In this document: positions 27,001 to 41,700 of the stretch, piece after piece
Layout: every line of letters starts with the position of its first letter
Numbering within the stretch: the stretch's first letter is position 1
Source of the DNA: the human T2T-CHM13v2.0 reference genome, Homo sapiens
Length of the DNA: 64,000 nt
NCBI RefSeq assembly: GCF_009914755.1
Contig: NC_060933.1
Direction: 5' to 3' (one strand)
The notes under the pieces: generated by a model
Seen by the model: the letters and a program-made list of their open reading frames with translations, nothing else
The model's database searches: none
Told to the model about the DNA's origin: nothing
Made by a program: the position numbers and the translations under genes

Positions 27001-30000
27001 AGAATGGAATGGAACGAAATGGAATAGAATGGAATGGAATGGTATGGAAACAACCCGAATGGAATGGAATGAAATGGACTGTAAGGGAATTGAATACAAT
27101 CAATCCGAATGTAATGGAATGGAATGGAACGGAATGGAATGGAATGGAATGGAATGCAGTGGAATGGAATCAAACCTAGTGCAATGGAATGGAATGGAAT
27201 GGAATGGAATGGAATGGAATGGAATGGAATGGAATGGATTCAACCCAAATGGAATGGAAAGCAATGGAATCAACGTGAGTGGAATGGCATGGAATGGAAT
27301 GGAACGGAATGGAATGGAATGGAATGGAATGGAATGGAATGGTACGGAATAGAATGGAATGGAACGAAATGGAATGGAATGGAATGGAATGGAACCGAAA
27401 GGAATGGAATCAACTCGATTGCAATGGAATGCAATGGAATGGAATGGAATGCAATTAAAGCGAATAGAATGGAATGGAATGGAACGGAATGGAATGGAAT
27501 GGAATGGAATGGAATCGAATGGAATCAACCTGAGTACAGGGGAATGGAATGGAATGGAATGCAATGGAATGTAATGGAATGGAATGCAATGGAAACAACT
27601 CGATTGCAATGGAATGGAATGGAATGGAATGGAAGGGAAAGGAATGGAATGGAATTAACCTGAACAGAATGGAATGGAATGGAATGGAACGGAATGGAAT
27701 GGAATGGATTCAAACCGAATGGAATGGAAAGGAATGGAATAAACCCGAGTGGAATGCCATGGAATGGAATGGAATGGAATGGAATGGTACGGAATAGAAT
27801 GGAATGGAACGAAATGGAATGGAATGGAATGGAATGGAATGGAATGCAATCAACCTGAGTGCAATGGAATGGAATGGAATGGAATGGAACGGAATGGAAA
27901 CAACCCGAATGGAATGTAATGTAATGGAGTGTAAGGAATTGAATACAATCAATCCGAATGTAATGGAACGGAATGGAACGGAATGGAATGGAATGGAATG
28001 CAGTGGAATGGAATCAAACCTAGTGCAATGGAATGGAATGGAATGGAATGGAATGCAATGGAATGGATTGGATTCAACCCAAATGGAATGGAAAGCAATA
28101 GAATCAACCCGAGTGGAATGGCATGGAATGGAATGGAATGGAATGGAATGGAATGGAATGGAATGGAATGGAATGGTACGGAATAGAATGGAATGGATCG
28201 AAATGGAATGGAATGGAACGGAATGGAACGGAATGGAATGGAATCAACTCGATTGCAATGGAATGTAATGGAATGGAATGGAATGGAATGGAATGGAATT
28301 AACGCGAATAGAATGGAATGGAAAGGAATGGGATGGAATGGAATCAATCTGAGTACAGGGGAATGGAATGGAATGGAATGCAATGGAATGGAATGGAATG
28401 GAATGGAATGCAATGGAATGGAATGGAATGGAATGGAATGCAATGGAATGGAATGGAATGGAATGGAATGGAAAGGAACGGAACGGAACGGAACGGAACG
28501 GAACGGAACGGAATGGAATGGAATGGAATGGAATTGTATGGAATGGAATGGAATGGTACGGAATAGAATGGAATGGAAAGAATTGGAATGGAATGGAATC
28601 GAATGGAATGGAATGGAATGGAATGGAATCAACCCGAGTGCAGGGGAATGTAATGGAACGGAATGTAATGGAATGGAGTCATCTGGAATGGAATGGAATG
28701 GAATGGAATGGAGTGGAATGGAATGGAATGGAATGGAATCAAGCTGAGTGCAATGGAATGGAGTGGAATGGAATGGAATGAAATGGAACAACCCGAATGG
28801 AATGGAATGTAATGGAGAGTAAGGGAGTTGAATAGAATCAATCCGAATGTAATGGAATGGAATGGAACGGAATGGAATTGAATGGAATGGAATGGAATGC
28901 AATGGAATGGTATCAACCCGAGTGCAATGGAATGGAGAGGAATGGAATGGAATGGAATGGAAACTACCCGAATGGAATGGAATGTAATGGAGTGTAAGGG
29001 AATTGAATAGTATCAATCCGAATGTAATGGAATGGAATGGAACGGAATGTAATGGAATGGAATGGAATGGAATGGAATGGAATGGAATCGTTCCGAGGGG
29101 AATAGGAGAGAATGTATTCGAGTGGAATGGAAAGGAATGGAATCAACCAGAGTGGAATGGAAGGGAATGGAATGGAATGAAAACTAATAGATTAGATTGG
29201 AATCAACCCGAATGGAATGGAATGGAAAGGACTGAAATGGAATGGAATGGAATGGAATGGAATCAACTCGATTGTAATGGAATGGAATGGAATGGAATGG
29301 AACGGAATGCAATGGAATGGAACGGAATGGGTTCAACCCGAGTGCACGGGAATGGAATGGAATGGAATGCAATGGAATGGAATCATCCGGAATGGAATGG
29401 AATGCAAAGCAATGGAATCAACTCGATTGCAATGGAAAGGAATGGAATGGAAAGGAATAGAATGGAATCAACCTGATTGGAATGGAATGGAAAGGACTGG
29501 AATAGAGTGGAATGGAATGGAATGGAATGGAATGCAATGGAATGGTATGGAATGGAATGGAATGGTACGGAATAGAATGGAATGGAACGAATTGTAATGG
29601 AATGGAATTCAATGGAATGGAATGGAATGGAATGGAATCAACGAGAGTGCAGGGGAATGTAATGGAACGGAATGCAATGGAATGGAATCATCCGGAATGG
29701 AATGGAATGGAATGGAATGGAATGGAATGGAATCAACCCGAGTGCAATGGAATGGAGTGGAATGGAATGGAATGGAATGGAACAACCCGAATGGAATGGA
29801 ATGTAATGGAGAGTAAGGGAGTTGAATAGAATCAATCAGAATGTAATGGAATGGAATGCAACGGAATGGAATGGAATGGAATGGAATGGAATGCAATGGA
29901 ATGGAATCAACCCGAGTACAATGGAATGGAATGGGATGGAATGGAATGCCATCAAACCGAATGGAATGGAAAGGAATGGAATCAACACGAGTGGAATGGA

Positions 30001-32718
30001 ATGGAATGGAATGGAATGGAATGGAATGGAATGATACGGAATAGGATGGAATGGAACGAAATGGAATGGAATGGAATGGACTGGAATGGAATGGAATGGA
30101 ATGGAATCGTTCCGAGTGGAATAGGAGGGAATGTATTCGAGTAGAATGGAAAGGAATGGAATCAACCAGAGTGGAATGGAAGGGAATGGAATGGAATGGA
30201 AACTAATAGAATGGAATCAACCCTAGTGGAATGGAATGGAAAGGCCTGGAATGGAAAGGAATGGAATGGAATGGAATGGAATGGAATGGAATCAACGCGA
30301 GTACAGGAGAATGGAATGGAATCGAATGGCATGGAATGGAATGGAATCAACCCGAGTGCAGGGGAATGTAATGGAACGGAATGCAATGGAAAGGAATCAT
30401 CCGGAATGGAATGGAATGGAATGGAATGGAATCAACCCGAGTGCAATGGAATGGAGTGGAATGGAATGGAATGGAATGGAACAACCCGAATGGAATGGAA
30501 TGTAATGGAGAGTAAGGGAGTTGAAAAGAATCAATCCGAATGTAATGGAATGGAATGGAACGGAATGGAATGGAATGGAATGGAATGGAATGGAATGCAA
30601 TGGAAAGGAATCAACCCGAGTACAATGGAATGGAATGGAATGGAATGGAATGGAACGGAATGGAATGGAATGGAATGGAATGGAATGGAATCTTCCGTAA
30701 TGGAATGGAATGGAATGGAATGGAATGCAATGGATTCAACTCGATTGCAATGGAATGGAATAGAATGGAATGGAATGGAATGGAATGGAATGGAATGGAA
30801 TGGAATTTAACCGAATAGAATGGAATGGAATGGAATGGAATGGAACGGAACGGAACGGAACGGAACGGAGTGGAATGGAATGGAATGGAATTGTATGGAA
30901 TGGAATGGAATGGTACGGAATAGAATGGAATGGAATGAATTGGAATGGAATGGAATGGAATGGAATGGAATGGAATGGAATGGAATCAACCCGAGTGCAA
31001 TGGAATGGAGTGGAATGGAATGGAATGGAATGGAAAAACCCGAATGGAATGGAATGTAATGGAGAGTAAGGGAGTTGAATAGAATCAATACGAATGTAAT
31101 GGAATGGAAAGGAATGGAATGGAATGGAATGGAATGGAATGGAATGGAATGGAATGCAATGGAATGGAATCAACCAGAGTACTATGGAACGGAATGGAAT
31201 GCAATGGAATGGAATGGAATGGAATGGAATGGAATGGAATGGAATCAACCCGAGTGCAATGGAATGGAGAGGAATGGAATGGAATGGAATGGAAACTACC
31301 CGAATGGAATGGAATGTAATGGAGTGTAAGGGAATTGAATAGAATCAATCCGAATGGAATGGAATGGAATGGAACGGAATGTAATGGAATGGAATGGAAT
31401 GGAATCAACCCGAGTGCAGGGGAATGGAATGGAATGGAATGCAATGGAATGGAATCATCCGGAATGGAATGGAATGGAATGCAATGGAATGGAATCAACC
31501 CGAGTAGAATGGAATGGAATGGAATGGAATGGAATGGAATGTCTTCAAACCGAATGGAATGGAAAGGAATGTAATCAACACGAGTGGAATGGAATGGAAT
31601 GGAATGGAATGGAATGGAATGATACGGAATAGAATGGAATGGAACGAAATGGAATCGAATGGAATGGAATGGAATGGAATGGAATGGAATCGTTCCGAGT
31701 GGAATAGGAGGGAATGTATTCGAGAGGAATGGAAAGGAATGGAATCAGCAGAGTGGAATGGAAGGGAATGGAATGGAATGGAAACTAATAGAATGGAATC
31801 AACCCGAGTGGAATGGAATGGAAAGGACTACAATGGAATGGAATGGAATGGAATGGAATCAACTCGATTGTAATGGAATGGAATGGAATGGAATGGAATG
31901 GAATGGAATTAACCCGAATACAATGGAATGGAATGGAATGGAATGGAATGGAGTGGAATGGAATGGAATCAACCCGAGTGCAGGGGAATGGAATGGAATG
32001 GAATGCAATGCAATGGAATCATCCGGAATGGAATGGAATGGAATGGAATGCAAAGCAATGGAATCAACTCGATTGCAATGGAATGGAATGGAATGGAAAG
32101 GAATACATTGGAATCACCCCGAGTGGAATGGAATGGAAAGGACTGGAATGGAGTGGAATGGAATGGAATGAAATGGAATGGAATCAACTCGATTGGAATG
32201 GAATGGAATGGAATGGAATGGAATGGAATTAACCCGAATAGAATGGAATGGAATGTAATGGAACGGAACGGAACGGAACGGAATGAAATGGAATGGAATG
32301 GAATGGAATGGAATGGAATCAACCCGACTGCAGGGGAATGGAATGGAATGGAAAGCAATGGAATAGATTCAACTTGAATGGAATGGAAAGAATGGAATCA
32401 ATACGAGTAGAATGGCATGGATTGGAATGGAATGGAATGGAATCAACCCGAGTACAGGGGAAAGGAATGGAATGGAATGCAAAGGAATGGAATCATCCGT
32501 AATGGAATGAAAAGGAATGGAATGGAATGGAATGGAATGGAATGGAATGGAATGGAATGGAATCAACTCGATTGCAATTGAATGGAATGGAATGGAATTA
32601 ACCCGAATAGAATGGAATGGAATGGAATGGAACGGAACGGAACGGAACGGAATGGAATGGAATGGAATGGAATGGAATGGAATGGAAAGGAATGGAATGG
32701 AATGGAATGGAATGGAAT

Positions 32719-35700
32719 GGAATCTTCCGGAATGGAATGGAATGGAATGGAATGGAATGGAATGGAATTGAATGGAATAAACCCGAGTGCAATGGAATGG
32801 AGTGGAATGTAATGGAATGGAATGGAACAACCCGAATGGAATGGAATTTAATGGAGAGTAAGGGAGTTGAATAGAATCAATCCGAATGTAATGGAATGGA
32901 ATGGAACGGAATGGAATTGAATGGAATGGAATGGAATGCAATGGAATGGAATCAACCCGAGTGCAATGGAATGGAGAGGAATAGAATGGAATGGAAACTA
33001 CCCGAATGGAATGGAATGTAATGGAGTGTAAGGGAATTGAATAGAATCAATCCGAATGTAATGGAATGGAATGGAACGGAATGGAATGGAATGGAATGGA
33101 ATGGAATGGAATGCAATGGAATGGAATCAACCCGAGTGCAATCGAATGGAATCGAATGGAATGGAATGCAATGGAATGGATTCAACTTGAGTGGAATGGA
33201 AAGAATGGAATCAACACGAGTGGAATGGCATGGATTGGAATGGAATGGAATGGAATCAACCGGAGTACAGGGGAATGGAATGGAATGGAATGCAATGGAA
33301 TGGAATCATCCGTAATGGAATGGAAAGGAATGGAATGGAATGGAATGGAATGGAATGAAATGGAATGGAATCAATTCGATTGCAATCGAATGGCATGGAA
33401 TGGAATTAACCCGAATAGAATGGAATGGAATGGAATGGAACGGAACGGAATGGAATGGAATGGAATGGAATGGAACGGAACGGAACGGAACGGAATGGAA
33501 TGGAATGGAATGGAATGGAATGGAATCAACGCGAGTGCAGGGGAATGGAATGGAATGGAATGCAATGGAATGGAATCTTCCGGAATGGAATGGAATGGAA
33601 TGTAATGGAATGAAATGCAATGGATTCAACTCGATTAAAATGGAATGGAATAGAATGGAATGGAATGGAATGGAATTAACCCGAATAGAATGGAATGGAA
33701 TGCAATGGAACGGAATGGAACGGAATGGAATGGAATGGAATGCAATGGAAGGGTATGGAATGGAATGGAATGGTACGGAATAGAATGCAATGGAACGAAT
33801 TGTAATGGAATGGAATTGAATGGAATGGAATGGAATGGAATGGATTCAACGCGAGTGCAGGGGAATGTAAGGGAACGGAATGCAATGGAATGGAATCATC
33901 CGGAATGGAATGGAATGGAATGGAATGGAATGGAATGGAATCAACCCGAGTGCAATAGAATGGAGTGGAATGGAATGGAATGGAATGGAACAACCCGAAT
34001 GGAATGGAATGTAATGGAGCGTAAGGGAGTTGAATAGAATCAATCCGAATGTAATGGAATGGAATGCAACGGAATGGAATGGAATGGAATGGAATGGAAT
34101 GCAATGGAATGGAATCAACCCGAGTACAATGGAATGGAATGGAATGGAATGAAATGGAATGGAATGGAATGGAATAGAATGCCTTTAAACCGAATGGAAT
34201 GGAAAGGAATGGAATCAACACGAGTGGAATGGAATGGAATGGAATGGAATGGAATGGAATGGAATGATACGGAATAGAATGGAATGGAACGAAATGGAAT
34301 GCAATGGAATGGAATGTAAGGGAATGGAATGGAATGGAATCGTTCCGAGTGGAATAGGAGGGAATGTATTCGAGTGGAATGGAAAGGAATGGTATCAACC
34401 AGAGTGGAATGGAAGGGAATGGAATGGAATGGAAACTAATAGAATGGAATCAACCCGAGTGGAATGGAATGGAAAGGACTGGAATGGAATGGAATGGAAT
34501 GGAATCAACTCGATTGTAATGGAATGGAATGGAATGGAATGGAATGGAATGGAATGGAATTAACCCGAATACAATGGAATGGAATGGAATGGAACGGAAT
34601 GGAGTGGAATGGAATGGAATCAACCCGAGTGCAGGGGAATGGAATGGAATGGAATGCTATTGAATGGAATCATCCGGAATGGAATGGAATGGAATGGAAT
34701 GCAAAGCAATGGAACCAACTCGATTGCAATGGAATGGAATGGAATGGAAAGGAATACATTGGAATCAACCCGAGTGGAATGGAATGGAAAGGACTGGAAT
34801 GGAGTGGAATGGAATGGAATGGAATGGAATGGAATCAACTCGATTGGAATGGAATGGAATGGAATGGAATGGAATTAACCCGAATAGAATGGAATGGAAT
34901 GGAATGGAACGGAACGGAATGCAATGGAATGTAATGTAATGGAATGGAATGGAATGGAATCAACCCGACTGCAGGGTAATGGAATGGAATGGAATGCAAT
35001 GGAATGGATTCAACTTGAATGGAATGGAAAGAATGGAATCAACACGAGTGGAATGGCATGGATTGGAATGGAATGGAATGGAATCAACCCGAGTACAGGG
35101 GAATGGAATGGAATGGAATGCAATGGAATGGAATCATCCGTAATGGAATGGAAAGGAATGGAATGGAATGGAATAGAATGGAATGGAATCAACTCGATTG
35201 CAATCGAATGGAATGGAATGGAATTAACCCGAATAGAATGGAATGGAATGGAATGGAACGCAACGGAACGGAATGGAATGGATTGGAATGGAATGGAATG
35301 GAATGGAATGGAACGGAAAAGAATGGAATGGAATGGAATGGAATGGAATGGAATGGAATGGAATCAACGCGAGTGCAGGGGAATGGAATGGAATGGAATG
35401 CAATGGAATGGAATCTTCCGGAATGGAATGGAATGGAATGGAATGGAATGGAATGGAATCAACCCGAGTGCAATGGAATGGAGTGGAATGGAATGGAATG
35501 GAATGGAACAACCCGAAAGGAATCGAATGTAATGGAGAGTAAGGGAGTTGAATAGAATCAATCCGAATGTAATGGAATGGAATGGAACGGAATGCAATTG
35601 AATGGAATGGAATGGAATGCAATGGAATGGAATCAACCCGAGTGCAATGGAATGGAGAGGAATGGAATGGAATGGAATGGAAACTACCCGAATGGAATGG

Positions 35701-38700
35701 AATGTAATGGAGTGTAAGGGAATTGAATAGAATCAATCCGAATGTAATGGAATGGAATGGAACGGAATGGAATGGAATGGAATGGAATGGAATGGAATGG
35801 AATGCAATGCAATGGAATGGAATCAACCCGAGTACAATGGAATGGAATGGAATGGAATGGAATGGAATGGAATGGAATGCCTTCAAACCGAATGGAATGG
35901 AAAGGAATGGAATCAACACGAGTGGAATGGAATGGAATGGAATGGAATGGAATGGAATGATACGGAATAGAATGGAATGGAACGAAATGGAATGGAATGG
36001 AATGGAATGGAATGGAAAGGAATGGAATGGAATGGAATGGAATCGTTCCGAGTGGAATACGAGGGAATGTATTCGAGTGGAATGGAAAGGAATGGAATCA
36101 ACCAGAGTGGAATGGAAGGGAATGGAATGGAATGGAAACAAATAGAATGGAATCAACCCGAGTGGAATGGAATGGAAAAGACTGGAATGGAAATGAATGG
36201 AATGGAATGGAATGGAATGGAATGGAATGGAATGGAATGGAATGGAATCAACGCGAGTGCAGGGGAATGGAATGGAATCGAATGGAATGGAATGGAATGG
36301 AATGGATTCAACCCGAGTGCAGGGGAATGTAATGGAACGGAATGCAATGGAATGGAATCATCCGGAATGGAATGGAATGGAATGGAATGGAATCAACCCG
36401 AGTGCAATGGAATTGAGTGGAATGGAATGGAATGGAATGGAACAACCCGAATGGAATGGAATGTAATGGAGAGTAAGGGAGTTGAAAAGAATCAATCCGA
36501 ATGTAATGGAATGGAATGGAACGGAATGGAATGGAATGGAATGGAATGGAATGCAATGGAATGGAATCAACCCGAGTACAATGGAATGGAATGGGATGGA
36601 ATGGAATGGAATGGAATGGAATGGAATGATACGGAATAGAATGGATTGGAACGAAATGGAATGGAATGGAATGGAATGGAATGGAATGGAATGGAATGGA
36701 ATCGTTCCGAGTGGAATAGGAGGGAATGTATTCGAGTGGAATGGAAAGGAATGGAATCAACCAGAGTGGAATGGAAGGGAATGGAATGGAATGGAATCTA
36801 ATAGAATGGAATCAACCCGAGAGGAATAGAATGGAAAGGACTGGAATGGAATGGAATGGAATGGAATCAACTCGATTGTAATGGAATGGAATGGAATGGA
36901 ATGGAATGGAATGGAATTAACCCGAATACAATGCAATGGAATGGAATGGAACGGAATGGAGTGGAATGGAATGGAATCAACCCGAGTGCAGGGGAATGGA
37001 ATGGAATGGAATGCAATGGAATGCAATCATCCGGAATGGAATGGAATGGAATGGAATGCAAAGCAATGGAATCAACTCGATTGCAATGGAATGGAATGGA
37101 ATGGAAAGGAATACATTGGAATCAACCCGAGTGGAATGTAATGGAAAGGACTGGAATGGAGTGGAATGGAATGGAATGGAATGGAATGGAATCAACTCGA
37201 TTGGAATGGAATGGAATGGAATGGAATGGAATGAAATGGAATTAACCCGAATAGAATGGAATGGAATGGAATGGAACGGAACGGAACGGAACGGAATGGA
37301 ATGGAATGGAATGGAATGGAATGGAATGGAATGGAAACAACCCGACTGCAGGGGAATGGAATGGAATGGAATGCAAGGGAATGGATTCAACTTGAATGGA
37401 ATGGAAAGAATGGAATCAACACGAGTGGAATGGCATGGATTGGAATGGAATGGAATGGAATCAACCCGAGTACAGGGGAATGGAATGGAATGGAACGCAA
37501 TGGAATGGAATCATCCGTAATGGAATGGAAAGGAATGGAATGGAATGGAATGGAATGGAATGGAATGGAATCAACTCGATTGCAATCGAATGGAATGGAA
37601 TGGAATTAACCCCAATAGAATGGAATGGAATGGAATGGAACGGAACGGAACGGAACGGAATGGATTGGAATGGAATGGAATGGAATGGAATTGAATGGAA
37701 TGGAAAGGAAAGGAATGGAATGGAATGGAATGGAATGGAATGGAATGGAATGGAATGGAATGGAATCAACGCGAGAGCACGGGAATGGAATGGAATGGAA
37801 TGCAATGGAATGGAATCTTCCGGAATGGAATGGAATGGAATGGAATTGAATGGAATGCAATGGAATAAACCCGAGTGCAATGGAATGGAGTGGAATGGAA
37901 TGGAATGGAATGGAACAACCCGAATGGAATGGAATGTAATGGAGAGTAAGGGAGTTGAATAGAATAAATCCGAATGTAATGGAATGGAATGGAACGGAAT
38001 GGAATTGAATGGAATGGAATGGAATGCAATGGAATGGAATCAACCCGAGTTCAATGGAATAGAGAGGAATGGAATGGAATGGAATGGAAACTACCCGAAT
38101 GGAATGGAATGTAATGGAGTGTAAGGGAATTGAATAGAATCAATCCGAATGTAATGGAATGGAATGGAAAGGAATGGAATGGAGTGGAATGGAATGGAAT
38201 GGAATGGAATGGAATGCAATGGAATGGAATCAACCCGAGTGCAACCGAATGGAATCGAATGGAATGGAATGCAATGGAATGGATTCAACTTAAATGGAAT
38301 GGAAAGAATGGAATCAACACGAGTGGAATTGCATGGATTGGAATGGAATGGAATGGAATCAACCCGAGTACAGGGGAATGGAATGGAATGGAATGCAATG
38401 GAATGGAATCATCCGTAATGGAATGGAAAGGAATGGAATGGAATGGAATGGAATGGAATGGAATGGAATGGAATGGAATCAACTCGACTGCAATCGAATG
38501 GAATGGAATGGAATTAACCCGAATAGAAAGGAGTGGAATGGAATGGAACGGAACGGAATGGCATGGAATGGAATGGAATGGAACGGAAAGGAAGGGAATG
38601 GAATGGAATATAATGGAATGGAATCAACTCGATTGCAATGGAATGGAATGGAATGGAATTAACCCGAATAGAATGGAATGGAATGGAATGGAACGGAACG

Positions 38701-41700
38701 GAACGGAATGGAATGGATTGGAATGGAATGGAATGGAATGGAATGGAACGGAAAGGAATGGAATGGAATGGAATGGAATGGAATGGAATGGAATGGAATC
38801 AACGCGAGTGCAGGGGAATGGAATGGAATGGAATGCAATGGAATGGAATCTTCCGGAATGGAATGGAATGGAATGGAATGGAATCAAACCGAGTGCAATG
38901 GAATGGAGTGGAATGGAATGGAATGGAATGGAACAACCCGAAAGGAATCGAATGTAATGGAGAGTAAGGGAGTTGAATAGAATCAATCCGAATGTAACGG
39001 AATGGAATGGAACGGAATGGAATTGAATGGAATGGAATGGAATGCAGTGGAATGGAATCAACCCGAGTGCAATGGAATGGAGAGGAATGGAATGGAATGG
39101 AATGGAAACTACCCGAATGGAATGGAATGTAATGGAGTGTAAGGGAATTGAATAGAATCAATCCGAATGTAATGGAATGGAATGGAACGGAATGGAATGG
39201 AATGGAATGGAATGGAATGGAATGGAATGATACAGAATAGAATGGAATGGAAAGAAATGGAATGGAATGGAATGGAATGGAATGGAATGGAATGGAATGG
39301 AATGGAATGGAATGCAATGGAATCGTTCCGAGTGGAATAGGAGGGAATGTATTCGAGTGGAATGGAAAGGAATGGAATCAACCAGAGTGGAATGGAAGGG
39401 AATGGAATGGAATGGAAACTAATAGAATGGAATCAACCCGAGTGGAATGGAATGGAAAAGACTGGAATGGAAAGGAATGGAATGGAATGGAATGGAATGG
39501 AATGGAATGGAATGGAATGGAATGGAATCAACGCGAGTGCAGGGGAATGGAATGGAATCGAATGGAATGGAATGGAATGGAATCAACCCGAGTGCAGGGG
39601 AATATAATGGAACGGAATGCAATGGACTGGAATCATCCGGAATGGAATGGAATGGAATGGAATGGAATCAACCCGAGTGCAAAGGAATGGAGTGGAATGG
39701 AATGGAATGGAATGGAACAACCCGAATAGAATGGAATGTAATGGAGAGTAAGGGAGTTGAAAAGAATCAATCCGAATGTAATGGAATGGAATGGAACGGA
39801 ATGGAATGGAATGGAATGGAATGGAATGGAATGCAATGGAATGGAATCAACCCGAGTATAATGGAATGGAATGGAATGGAATGGAATGGAATGGAATGGA
39901 ATGGAATGGAATGCAATGGAATGGAATCTTCCGGAATGGAATGGAATGGAATGGAATGGAATGCAATGGATTCAAATCGATTGCAATGGAATGGAATAGA
40001 ATGGAATGGAATGGAATGGAATGGAATGGAATGGAATTAAACCGAATAGAATGGAATGGAATGGAATGGAACGGAATGGAACGGAACGGAACGGAACGGA
40101 GTGGAATGGAATGGAATGGAATTGTATGCAATGGAATGGAATGGTACGGAATAGAATGGAATGGATAGAATTGGAATGGAATGGAATCGAATGGAATGGA
40201 ATGGAATGGAATCAACCCGAGTGCAGGGGAATGTAATGGAACGGAATGCAATGGAATGGAATCATCCGGAATGGAATGGAATGGAATGGAATGGAATGGA
40301 ATGGAATGGAATGGAATCAATCCGAGTGCAATGGAATGGAGTGGAATGGAATGGAATGGAATGGAACAACCCGAATGGAATGGAATATAATGGAGAGTAA
40401 GGGAGTTGAATAGTATCAATCCGAATGAAATGGAATGGAATGCAACGGAATGGAATGGAATGGAATGGAATGGAATGCAATGGAATTGAATCAACCCGAG
40501 TACAATGGAATGGAATGGAATGGAATGGAATGGAATGGAATGGAATGGAATGGAATGGAATGGAATGGAATGATACGGAATAGAATGGAATGGAACGAAA
40601 TGGAATGGAATGGAATGGAATGGAATGGAATGGAATGGAATGGAATGGAATGCCTTCAAACCGAATGGAATGGAAAGGAATGAAATCAAAACGAGTGGAA
40701 TGGAATGGAATGGAATGGAATGGAATGTAATGATACGGAATAGAATGGAATGGAACGAAATGGAATGGAATGGAATGGAATGGAATGGAATGGAATGGAA
40801 TGGAATGGAATGGAATGGAATCGTTCCGAGTGGAATAGGAGGGAATGTATTCGAGTGGAATGGAAAGGAATGGAATCAACCAGAGTGGAATGGAAGGGAA
40901 TGGAATGGAATGGAAACTAATAGAATGGAATCAACCCGAGTGGAATGAAATGCAAAGGACTGGAATGGAAAGTAATGGAATGGAATGGAATGGAATGGAA
41001 TGGAATGGAATGGAATCAACGCGAGTGCAGGGTAATGGAATGGAATGGAATGGAATGGAATGGAATGGAATGGAATTTAATCAACCCGAGTGCAGGGGAA
41101 TGTAATGGAACGGAATGCAATGGAATGGAATCATCCGGAATGGAATGCAATGGAATGGAATGGAATCAACCCGAGTGCAATGGAATGGAGTGGAATGGAA
41201 TGGAACTGAATGGAACAATCCGAATGGAATGGAATGTAATGGAGAGTAAGGGAGTTGAAAAGAATCAATCCGAATGTAATGGAATGGAACGGAATGGAAT
41301 GGAATGGAATGGAATGGAATGGAATGGAATGGAATGCAATGGAATGGAATCAACCCGAGTACAATGGAATGGAATGGAATCGAATGGAATGGAATGGAAT
41401 GGAATGGAATGGAATGGAATGATACGGAATAGAATGGAATGGAACGAAATGGAATGGAATGGAATGGAATGGAATGGAATGGAATGGAATCGTTCCGAGT
41501 GGAATAGGAGGGAATGTATTCGAGTGGAATGGAAAGGAATGGAATCAACCAGAGTGGAATGGAAGGCAATGGAATGGAATGGAAACTAATAGAATGGAAT
41601 CAACCCGAGTGGAATGGAATGGAAAGGAATGGAATGGAATGGAATGGAATGGAATGGAATCAACTCGATTGTAATGGAATGGAATGGAATGGAATGGAAT

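Larger units (their letters stand above)
2100..28400. repeat. HSat3 variant domain 'A' (spans junction 1)
   Basis: Diagnostic G-strand words: ggaatgaacccgtgtgc / cccgtgagc, gaattgaatacaatcaatccg, aatcaatcaacccgagtgcaataga, ggaatcatacgg, attaacctgaacag, aaacctagtgc, gggaattaaaaaga. Lacks the domain-B words. Boundaries are approximate; 1850-2100 is mosaic. Confidence 0.8.

Noticed and set aside
30108-30175. Complex word cgttccgagtggaataggagggaatgtattcgag as a transposon or foreign insert
   Set aside because: It stays in 5-bp register, derives from GGAAT/decamer variants and recurs ~15 times as part of the B unit. There is no TSD, poly(A) or Alu/L1 similarity.
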